Source: a virus
Taxonomy: Duplodnaviria; Caudoviricetes
IMG/VR virus record: IMGVR_UViG_3300044638_000670
Span: 1 to 27,335 of that record
Strand: one strand, 5' to 3'
DNA length: 27,335 bases
The number at the start of each line of letters is the position of its first letter. The stretch's first letter is position 1. The notes below the pieces were generated by a model. That model ran no database searches, was not told the DNA's origin, and was given only the letters and a program-made list of their open reading frames with translations. Shown here piece by piece: positions 1 through 7,527 of this stretch. The translations under genes were made by a program, and so were the position numbers.

Positions 1-257
1 TTGAGCGTGGTGTGGTTCGACTTTGCCCTGCTGCTGTTGGCAATCAAGGAATCTTCGATTCTCTCGTCAGTTTTGCCTTCAACGTGGGTCTTGGCAATCT
101 CCAACGCTCTTCCCTTCGGATGAAGACCAACCGTGGTGAACTGGAAGAAGCCGCTGACGAGTTTATGAAATGGACTAAGGCGGGTGGTAAAGTACTGCCG
201 GGACTGATTAAACGGCGTATGGAAGAACGTGCGCTGTACTTGTCGGGGGTTATGTAA
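1..257 (+). CDS. Phage lysozyme/endolysin, GH24 family (5'-truncated)
   Basis: The frame is open from the window start (ERGVVRLCP...). The motifs FDSLVSFAFNVGLGNLQRSSL, AADEFMKW and GGKVLPGLIKRRMEERALYL match the C-terminal half of GH24 phage lysozymes. Confidence 0.9.
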   Translation, partial: ERGVVRLCPAAVGNQGIFDSLVSFAFNVGLGNLQRSSLRMKTNRGELEEAADEFMKWTKAGGKVLPGLIKRRMEERALYLSGVM

Positions 258-2563
258 TGCCACTTCAGAAGGTCGAATTCCGCCCCGGCGTTAACCGTGA
301 AACTACCAACTACGCAGGCGAGGGGGGCTACTTCGTCGTAGACAAGGTGCGTTTCCGTGGTGGCTACGCCCAAAAGATCGGTGGCTGGATAAACTCTTCC
401 ACGATTCTGTCTACATTTAAAGGCGTTGCCCGGTCGCTATGGAACTGGGTGACAATCGACGGACTTAACCTGCTGGGCGTCGGCACGAATCAGAAGTTCT
501 ACGTCGAATTAGGCGGTGAGTACTACGACATCACCCCGCTTGGTAATTCCTTAAACCTGTCTCAAAACCCGTTTACGACTGTATCGGGTAGTAACTTTGT
601 CACTGTTCTTGCCTCGGGGCATGGCTCGTCAGTGGGTACCTACGTTACCTTTTCTGGTGCCACTTCGGTAGGCAGTCTGACCCTAAATGGGCAGTTTGAG
701 ATCATAGAAGTTCCGGGCGATAACTCGCTCGTGATCGTAACCCCGACTGCTGCTAGTTCGTCTGCGACGGGCGGCGGTTCGCTAGTTATTGCCAGTATCG
801 ACATTGATGCTGGTACCGCTGTCTATACGTCCAACGTCGGTTGGGGCGGTCCTCCGTGGGGATCAGGCGGTTGGGGTTCTTCAACTCCGCAGGGTGTTCC
901 GCTGCGTTTGTGGTCACAGTTTAACTATGGCAATGACCTGATCTTTGCTGAGAACAACGGTCCGATTTACTACTGGACTAATGACACTACTACGTGGGCA
1001 CGGGCTATCACGCTTGAAGAAAAGGCCAATTCACTGCCTAAAACAACGACGACGGCAGCCTATGCTTCAGGGTCTGTCACGCTTGTCGTAGCTGATGCTA
1101 CGGGTATTAACACCGGTTCAGTCATCTCAGGCAGTGGTATTGTCTCAGGCACGTATGTCACTGCGGCATGGGATGGCAGCACTTCAGTCACTATCTCAAC
1201 AGCTACAACGGCTTCAGCCACGGTTTCGGCTCTGAGCTTTAGCTATGCTGGACGGCATGTGCCTGACGAAACCGGGTTAATTATTGACTCTCCGGTTGAC
1301 GACTTTACGGTTTGCTTTGGATCTAATCCTTACGACCCGACTAATTTCAGTACGTCGTTTGATCCGTTGTTAGTGCGTTGGTCGGATGCAGACAACCCGT
1401 ATGAATGGGTGCCTGAAGTTACTAACCAGTCAGGTGAGCAACGTATTGCTAATGGCTCCAAGATCGTAACGGCGACAACTGCTCGTCAGGAAATTGTGAT
1501 TTGGACGGATACAGCTGTGTACTCGATGCAGTACCTCGGGCCTCCGTTTGTGTTTGGATTCACCCTGCTTGATCAGGACGTTTCGATTGCCTCTCAGAAT
1601 GCGGTGATCAACGTCAACAACGCCGTGTACTGGATGGGCTTAGATAAGTTCTTCGTATACGACGGTCGCGTAAACACACTGCCCTGCACGATCCGTCAGC
1701 ATATCTTCAGCACATTAAATAAAGATCAGATCGCACAGGTTATGTGCGGTAATAACGAAGCATTCAGTGAAATCTGGTGGTTCTACCCAAGCACGGGCAG
1801 CACGGTGAATGACACGGTAGTGATCTACAACTACCTTGAAAACGTATGGTCGTACGGCAGCTTGAACCGATCTGCGTTCTCTCCGCAGAGTATCCGCGAC
1901 TATCCGATGCTGTCGTTCAGCATCCAGACTTCTTACCTTGCGACAGACATCAATTCATCTGTCACTTCTATCGCTCTGCTTGAAGCTTCGTCGTATCCAC
2001 GAGCCGGTACAGTATTAATTGATAGTGAGTACATTACTTACACAGGCGTTAGCAACGACACTCTGACTGGATGTGTGCGAGGTGCGAATAGCCCTGCTGG
2101 AGTGGCTTCAACGGCTGCGTCTCACACGACGGGTACTACCGTTTCGATGACGGCACCGAATCAAGTGCTGTATCACGAAGTGGATTGGGATGATGTCTCG
2201 ACGGGTGTGGCGCAGCCGATTGACTGCTTTATTGAGTCGTCTGACTTTGACATTGGCGACGGGCATAACTTTGGTTTCGTCTCCCGCATCATTCCGGACA
2301 TCAAGTTCTTGGGGTCTACGACCTCTTCACCGTCAGTTACTATCTCGATCTATCCGCGCAACTACCCCGGCTCCGCGTACGGCACTCCTGATATAGAACA
2401 GGTCAATGCCACGGCAGTACTGCCGTACGAGATCTATACCGAGCAGTTGTTTACTCGGGTTCGCGGTAGGCAGATGGCTGTACGTGTCGGATCTTCTGGG
2501 CTTGGCGTGTCGTGGCAGGTAGGTGCGCTGCGTCTTGATATCAGGCCGGATGGTCGCCGGTAA
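257..2563 (+). CDS. Tail tubular/nozzle-like virion protein (P22 gp10 / T7 gp12-like DNA stabilisation protein) with inserted beta domains
   Basis: 768 aa, coupled to the lysozyme stop (TAATG). It has beta-propeller-like segments (DPLLVRWSD, EIVIWTDTAVYSM, YWMGLDKFFVYDG, SEIWWFYP) and a typical C-terminus (RVRGRQMAVRV...WQVGALRLDIRPDGRR). It lies directly upstream of the ejection-protein genes. Confidence 0.7.
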   Translation: MPLQKVEFRPGVNRETTNYAGEGGYFVVDKVRFRGGYAQKIGGWINSSTILSTFKGVARSLWNWVTIDGLNLLGVGTNQKFYVELGGEYYDITPLGNSLNLSQNPFTTVSGSNFVTVLASGHGSSVGTYVTFSGATSVGSLTLNGQFEIIEVPGDNSLVIVTPTAASSSATGGGSLVIASIDIDAGTAVYTSNVGWGGPPWGSGGWGSSTPQGVPLRLWSQFNYGNDLIFAENNGPIYYWTNDTTTWARAITLEEKANSLPKTTTTAAYASGSVTLVVADATGINTGSVISGSGIVSGTYVTAAWDGSTSVTISTATTASATVSALSFSYAGRHVPDETGLIIDSPVDDFTVCFGSNPYDPTNFSTSFDPLLVRWSDADNPYEWVPEVTNQSGEQRIANGSKIVTATTARQEIVIWTDTAVYSMQYLGPPFVFGFTLLDQDVSIASQNAVINVNNAVYWMGLDKFFVYDGRVNTLPCTIRQHIFSTLNKDQIAQVMCGNNEAFSEIWWFYPSTGSTVNDTVVIYNYLENVWSYGSLNRSAFSPQSIRDYPMLSFSIQTSYLATDINSSVTSIALLEASSYPRAGTVLIDSEYITYTGVSNDTLTGCVRGANSPAGVASTAASHTTGTTVSMTAPNQVLYHEVDWDDVSTGVAQPIDCFIESSDFDIGDGHNFGFVSRIIPDIKFLGSTTSSPSVTISIYPRNYPGSAYGTPDIEQVNATAVLPYEIYTEQLFTRVRGRQMAVRVGSSGLGVSWQVGALRLDIRPDGRR

Positions 2564-3177
2564 TGACAACTCCACGTGGTGTAGTTCCGCCAAATTTGCC
2601 GGTTGCGCTTCGGCAATACGATCAGCGTGGTATGGAGCAGTTCAATAACGTCCTGCGTCTGTACTTTAACCAAGTCTCAAACCGGATCAACGCGCCTACT
2701 CCACATGCTTCGTATTTCGACACTACGACGCAGACGAACCCGGTATCCAACGCTATCAATCTTTTTACGTATAACTCAGTCGTTTCGGACTACGAAGTTA
2801 CTCGTGGTACCCCGACTTCCAAAATTTACGTCGCTAATACTGGTGTATACAACTTTCAGTTCTCCGCTCAGCTAGACAAGTCTGGCGGTAGTGCAAGCGC
2901 GGTCTATATTTGGCCCCGGATTAACGGAGTCAACGTACCGGACTCAAATACCAAGATCGTTATTGACGGTCCTAACAGCGAGATCGTGGCGGCTTGGAAC
3001 TTTGTGCTTGTGATGGAGGCCAACGACTACTTTGAGTTGGCTTGGGAAGCGGCTGATACGGCTGTCATCATTCCGTACGTGGCAGCTACTAACAACAGGC
3101 CAGCCATCCCGTCCATCATCTTAAGCGTGGTTTGGGTGTCGAACTACGGCTCGGCTATTTATCAGGCGGCTACATGA
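2563..3177 (+). CDS. Putative tail needle/fibre-like virion protein with C-terminal C1q/TNF-like jelly-roll domain
   Basis: 204 aa, TAATG-coupled. An N-terminal helix (PPNLPVA..YD...QFNNVLRLYFNQV) is followed by a beta-rich domain with the pattern ANTGVYNFQFSAQL...ING...ANDYFELAW, typical of C1q/BclA-like knobs. Confidence 0.5.
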   Translation: MTTPRGVVPPNLPVALRQYDQRGMEQFNNVLRLYFNQVSNRINAPTPHASYFDTTTQTNPVSNAINLFTYNSVVSDYEVTRGTPTSKIYVANTGVYNFQFSAQLDKSGGSASAVYIWPRINGVNVPDSNTKIVIDGPNSEIVAAWNFVLVMEANDYFELAWEAADTAVIIPYVAATNNRPAIPSIILSVVWVSNYGSAIYQAAT

Positions 3178-3208
3178 TATTATTTAAGAAACTTTACCCC
3201 ACGGGGGT
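3175..3208 (+). promoter_or_regulatory. Candidate extended -10 promoter plus small hairpin over the RBS of the 1093-aa gene
   Basis: TG-A-TATTAT at 3175-3183 is one mismatch from TGnTATAAT and lies in an AT-rich spacer. ACCCC-ACG-GGGGT (3196-3208) pairs the G-rich SD-like run just upstream of ATG 3212. No clear -35 element. Confidence 0.35.
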
Positions 3209-3211
3209 CGT

Positions 3212-6200
3212 ATGAACGATAAGTATCCTGCGGCGGGGTTAGCATCCCTTGTAGCCGCTCAAGGCCGTGGCGGGGACTCCACCCTCGTCCACATGAACCC
3301 CGAAGAAGTTCAGGTACTTAAAGAGTACGCAGCCGCTAACGGCTTACCCCTGACTTTCAACCCACAAACCGGGTTGCCGGAAGCGTTTTGGCTAACGGAT
3401 TTCTTGCGAAATACGTGGAAAACGATCAAACCGACCGTGACGAGCGTCGGTAACGCTATCATCAATAACCCTCAAACCACAGCCCTTCTAACCGGCGCTG
3501 CCTACGGTGCCGTCAAGGGTGATCTGCAAAAGGGTCTTGAGGCGGGCATGAAAGCCTACGCCGGGACTAAGTTGCTCGGCGGTATCACGGCTGGAATGCA
3601 GCAAGGCAGGAAGATCCCCGGCATCGCCGGTCCTGTTGGCTATAAGGAAGCTGGTCGTGGTGCGGATGACTTCGGTGAGATTGCGCCGGGTCTTATGGAC
3701 ACTAAGCCCACGGTTGAGGCTCCGCTCGGTAGAAGTCCCGCCACGGGCGGTCTTGATGCTCTGCTAGGTCGAGTGCTGGGCGGCGGTCAGACGGGCACTA
3801 CGCAGCAAGGACAGGCTCAGCAAGGACAGGCTCAGCAAGGACAGCAGGGGCTGTTCCGTTCGGGCGATCCGATCATGGACGCCATCATGCTCTATGCCAC
3901 TAAGAAGGCTGAGCAGAAGCTCACGGGGCAGCGTCCGGGCATCCCGACTCCGGAGCCGACGCAGTATCGCAACGTGCAGTACAGCCGTGGGCAGGTCAAT
4001 CCGCTGTTCTTTACGCAGCCGGGGCAGCCGTACTTTATCGGTGGGGGATACACAGACCAAGGGACTACGACACAGTACCCTGACTACACTCGCCCTCCGA
4101 CTACGACTCAGCAGCCGGGGCAAACGACCGGACAAAGCCAGCCGCAGCCGCCGCCAAGACCTCAGCCCAGCCCACAAGATGACCGCCGCTACGGACTACA
4201 GATGGCTTCGGGCGGTATTGCTTATGCGGAAGGTGGTGCAACGGAGACTGAAGAAGAAAGGAGGCGGAAGTATTTCGAGAATCTCCGCCCTTTCGCTCCC
4301 GCCCTGTCTGACTATTATCGCGCTGGTGCCACAGGCACCGGTTCAGCGCAGGGCGACAATTTAAACCGCGATCCGATGACCCGTCTGCCTCAAGTACCGG
4401 CAGGTGGCATAGCTACTGGGGACATCGCAGATTGGTACCGTTCACTACTTGTCCCTCCCACGGCCCGTGCGCCGGTAGATATGGGGGACTATTTCTCAAC
4501 CACGCAGAGGCGTGGTACGACTAACTATGGTCCGGTAGTTAAATATCCGGATGGTCCGACTCCGCCACCTCCGCCTCCTCCACCCCCTCCTCCGCCAGAA
4601 TTAAAATGTCCTGACGGAAGTGCGCCAGATTTAACCCGTATTGTTCAGGGACTTGATCCGTGTCCGACTACCGGGGGTACTAAGACTTGCCCTGATGGGT
4701 CAATTATTCCCTCAGATCAGGAATGCGGTACAGGTAATACTTGTCCGGATGGGTCTAAACCTGACCCGACGACTGGTCAGTGCAGGGGTACAGGGACTAA
4801 GACTTGTTCCGATGGTTCTGTCATTCCTGCGGATCAAGAATGTAAAGGTACAGAAAAGTGCCCGGATGGGTCTATACCTGACCCTGTAACGGGTTTGTGC
4901 AGGGGAACGGAAAAGTGCCCAGACGGGTCTCTACCCAATCCTGTAACCGGTCAATGTGCCGGTGAGAATAAGTGCGCCGATGGGTCTCTACCTGACCCTG
5001 TGACTGGCAAGTGTAAGGGCGATAGTGATAATCGCTGCGCCGATGGATCTCTACCTGATCCTGTGACTGGCAAGTGTAAGGGCGATAGCGATAGCCGATG
5101 CGCCGATGGATCTCTACCTGATCCTGTAACGGGTAAATGTAAAGACGCTCCTGATAGCCCAAAGACTAAGACCTGCCCGGATGGGTCCGTAATTCCTGTT
5201 GAGCAAGAGTGTAAGCCGGGTCCGCCGCCACCGCCTCCGCCACCGCCTCCTCCGCCGCCACCGCCTCCTCCGCCGCCTCCACCTCCCCCGCCACCTCCGC
5301 CGCCGTACTTAATCTGCGATGACGGAAGCATTGTCTATCCTGAGTTGGGAGAAAAGTGCCCGAAGTTGCCTGATGAGGAATGCAAACCAAATCAGAAGAA
5401 AATGACGGACCCGTACACGGGCGAACTCCGTTGCGTAGACTTTTGTCCTCCGGGGCTTATTTATGACACCAACAAAGACACCTGTCTTTGTCCGAACGGG
5501 AAAGCGCCGGGACCGGATGGTAAGTGTGTAACTGATAGACCGCCCCCGCCGCCTCCACCTCCGCCGGTAGATAATTGCCCTCCGGGTACTAAGCCTGATC
5601 CGGTGCTGGCTGCGCTTGGCTTTATTGTTTGTGTTCCTGCGGAAGATGATGATCCGCCGCCACCTCCTCCGCCGCCACCTCCACCACCCCCACCGCCTCC
5701 GCCGCCTCCACCTCCCCCGCCACCCCCGCCTCCGGCAGATAAAAAGTGTCGTGAGGACGAAGTTGAACGTGACGGTATGTGCTACGGCACGTGCCCTGAC
5801 AACTCAACTTATACTCGTGCTTACAACGGTGATTACCCGTGCAGTGGGCGTGGTGATGGCGACGGTGAATACGACCCTGATAAAGGTGGGGAACAGCCGC
5901 AATGCCCGTTTGGGGCTTATTTTGATCTGACTTATAACCGTTGTATTGCAACGATATGTATTGACGCTTCAGGGCTACCGTACCGACCAACCGAGTTTGA
6001 AAAATGGTATGGGTGCGGCGTTAAAAATGGACAAGATGGGGATATGGCCTCCGGAGGCATCGTGAAGAAGACTAAGAAGTATCAGATGGGCGGTATTGCC
6101 TCTTTGCCTGCCCGTGATCCTCGTTTGGGCGGGGCGGTGAACCCGGTTGACGGCTATAACTTCGGGTTTGCCCAAGGCGGTATGCCGTCGATGCCTGAAT

Positions 6201-6493
6201 ATCAGGCAGGTGGTAAGCTCCTGCGTGGACCGGGAGATGGTATGTCTGACGATATCCCTGCCGTAATCCGAGGTAAGGGGGTGCAGAGAGCGGCTTTGGC
6301 AGACGGTGAGTTTGTCATCCCCGCCGATGTGGTGTCGCATCTTGGCAACGGATCGACCGAGGCAGGTGCGAAAAAACTGTATAAAATGATGGAGCAGATT
6401 CGTCGTGCGCGAACGGGGACCGGCAAGCAAGCCCCCCAAGTAAACCCCGATAAGTTCCTGCCCCGTGCAACGCCCGCCAAGAAGCGGCGATAG
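3212..6493 (+). CDS. Internal virion/ejection-type protein with large Cys-rich repeat and polyproline insert
   Basis: 1093 aa. The N-terminus (GRGGDSTLVHMNPEE...LTFNPQTGLPEAF) and C-terminus (GPGDGMSDDIPA...LADGEFVIPADVVSHLGNGSTEAGAKKLY..M..IR) resemble conserved phage internal virion and tape-measure-associated motifs. The centre consists of CxDGS repeats and poly-Pro runs. Confidence 0.65.
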   Translation: MNDKYPAAGLASLVAAQGRGGDSTLVHMNPEEVQVLKEYAAANGLPLTFNPQTGLPEAFWLTDFLRNTWKTIKPTVTSVGNAIINNPQTTALLTGAAYGAVKGDLQKGLEAGMKAYAGTKLLGGITAGMQQGRKIPGIAGPVGYKEAGRGADDFGEIAPGLMDTKPTVEAPLGRSPATGGLDALLGRVLGGGQTGTTQQGQAQQGQAQQGQQGLFRSGDPIMDAIMLYATKKAEQKLTGQRPGIPTPEPTQYRNVQYSRGQVNPLFFTQPGQPYFIGGGYTDQGTTTQYPDYTRPPTTTQQPGQTTGQSQPQPPPRPQPSPQDDRRYGLQMASGGIAYAEGGATETEEERRRKYFENLRPFAPALSDYYRAGATGTGSAQGDNLNRDPMTRLPQVPAGGIATGDIADWYRSLLVPPTARAPVDMGDYFSTTQRRGTTNYGPVVKYPDGPTPPPPPPPPPPPPELKCPDGSAPDLTRIVQGLDPCPTTGGTKTCPDGSIIPSDQECGTGNTCPDGSKPDPTTGQCRGTGTKTCSDGSVIPADQECKGTEKCPDGSIPDPVTGLCRGTEKCPDGSLPNPVTGQCAGENKCADGSLPDPVTGKCKGDSDNRCADGSLPDPVTGKCKGDSDSRCADGSLPDPVTGKCKDAPDSPKTKTCPDGSVIPVEQECKPGPPPPPPPPPPPPPPPPPPPPPPPPPPPPYLICDDGSIVYPELGEKCPKLPDEECKPNQKKMTDPYTGELRCVDFCPPGLIYDTNKDTCLCPNGKAPGPDGKCVTDRPPPPPPPPPVDNCPPGTKPDPVLAALGFIVCVPAEDDDPPPPPPPPPPPPPPPPPPPPPPPPPPPADKKCREDEVERDGMCYGTCPDNSTYTRAYNGDYPCSGRGDGDGEYDPDKGGEQPQCPFGAYFDLTYNRCIATICIDASGLPYRPTEFEKWYGCGVKNGQDGDMASGGIVKKTKKYQMGGIASLPARDPRLGGAVNPVDGYNFGFAQGGMPSMPEYQAGGKLLRGPGDGMSDDIPAVIRGKGVQRAALADGEFVIPADVVSHLGNGSTEAGAKKLYKMMEQIRRARTGTGKQAPQVNPDKFLPRATPAKKRR
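3803..3844 (+). repeat. 15-bp tandem repeat (CAGCAAGGACAGGCT x2.8) encoding QQGQA
   Basis: Exact copies at 3803-3817 and 3818-3832, and a partial copy at 3833-3844, all in frame. Confidence 0.9.
4562..5734 (+). repeat. Four polyproline-coding CCN tracts (12, 28, 9 and 27 Pro)
   Basis: 4562-4597 (P12), 5222-5305 (P28), 5540-5566 (P9) and 5654-5734 (P27). Each mixes CCG/CCT/CCA/CCC codons. Confidence 0.95.
4604..5215 (+). repeat. Cys-rich CxDGS...C peptide repeat array, including 63-bp near-identical tandem units
   Basis: Ten CxDGS units lie here, and an eleventh follows the 28-Pro run. Units starting at 4973, 5036 and 5099 are 63-bp near-exact copies (CADGSLPDPVTGKCK...). Confidence 0.9.
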
Positions 6494-6504
6494 AGGGTAC
6501 AAAG

Positions 6505-7524
6505 ATGTCTACTACGACTCCGACCACTACAACCCAGATTACGTCCAACATCCCAGATTGGGCGAAAGGGTACGCCACTGACTTACTTGGGTTTGGTGCG
6601 GCACTGACCTATCCCAAACTCAATCCGCAAACCGGAAAACTTGAGTCTGGGTTCCAGCCCTACGGCGGCGAACTAGTAGCCGGGGAAAGTCCCCTTCAGC
6701 GTCAGGCATATAATGACCTGTCCCGTATGCAGGTCTCTCCGCAGACCTCTCAAGCAACTGGCTTCACAGGGCTGGCCGCGCTTCAGGCGCAGGATCTTGC
6801 TAGATACAACCCTCTTCAGCAGCAACAGTATTACCAGTCTGCTTTCGATCAGCCGGGCGGTCTTAATAAATATATGTCGCCCTATATGCAGGGCGTGGTT
6901 GAGCAGCAAAAGGGTCAGGCGATTGCAGACTACGGTCGGCAACTTCCGGGCATGGCCGCTGCCGCTGCTCGTGCTGGCGCAAAGGGTGGTACCCGTGAGG
7001 CTCTTGTCCGTGCCGAAGGTCAGCGCAATCTAAGCGAACAGTTACAGAACATTCAGGCGACGGGCCTTCAAAACGCTTTCCAACAAGCGTCACAACAGGC
7101 AATGGCTGATGCTGCTACAAAAGCGCAGTACGGTCTTGCTGGTACACAGTTGGGCGAACAGTCTCGCCAGTTCGGTGCCGGTCTTGGCTTGCAGGGTTTA
7201 CAACAGCAGTTGGCTGCGGCAGGTCAACTTGGTCAGTTGGGTCAACAGCAGTATCAACAGCAGGCCGGTATCCTCGGTGCCCAACTTGGTGCCGGTGCCC
7301 AGCAGCAAGCGCAGAAACAAAAGATGTTGGAGTCGAACTACCAACGCTTCATTGATGAGATGTCGTACCCGTACAAGCAGTTGGAGTTCATGTCGAACTT
7401 GCTGCGCGGCACTCCGTCGTCTGCGGAAACACGTAACGTATATACACAAGCCCCGAGCACTTTCCAGCAAATAGCGGGTTTGACTGGCGGTCTTGGTGGA
7501 CTGTTTGGATCTTTCGGGAGTTAA
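6505..7524 (+). CDS. Putative DNA ejection/transfer (internal virion) protein, Q/A/G-rich
   Basis: 339 aa helical protein with no Cys, containing YMSPYMQGVV, YQRFIDEMSYPYKQLEFMSNLLRG and a C-terminal Gly-rich hydrophobic tail (IAGLTGGLGGLFG). Composition and position fit podophage ejection proteins. GAGGG RBS upstream. Confidence 0.6.
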   Translation: MSTTTPTTTTQITSNIPDWAKGYATDLLGFGAALTYPKLNPQTGKLESGFQPYGGELVAGESPLQRQAYNDLSRMQVSPQTSQATGFTGLAALQAQDLARYNPLQQQQYYQSAFDQPGGLNKYMSPYMQGVVEQQKGQAIADYGRQLPGMAAAAARAGAKGGTREALVRAEGQRNLSEQLQNIQATGLQNAFQQASQQAMADAATKAQYGLAGTQLGEQSRQFGAGLGLQGLQQQLAAAGQLGQLGQQQYQQQAGILGAQLGAGAQQQAQKQKMLESNYQRFIDEMSYPYKQLEFMSNLLRGTPSSAETRNVYTQAPSTFQQIAGLTGGLGGLFGSFGS

Positions 7525-7527
7525 ACC

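Noticed and set aside
4973-5145. 63-bp repeats as a CRISPR array (a Cas4-like gene is present)
   Set aside because: The repeats are contiguous, in-frame and vary at synonymous sites, with no unique spacers. Solo Cas4-like nucleases are common in phage replication modules.
4951-5331. Minus-strand poly-Gly ORF
   Set aside because: It is the antisense shadow of the poly-Pro/Cys repeats and has no independent evidence.
3212-6493. Eukaryotic contamination or chimera explaining the extensin-like region
   Set aside because: The insert is in frame between phage-type N- and C-terminal domains, has no introns, and shares motifs with neighbouring phage genes. Read-level confirmation is still advisable.
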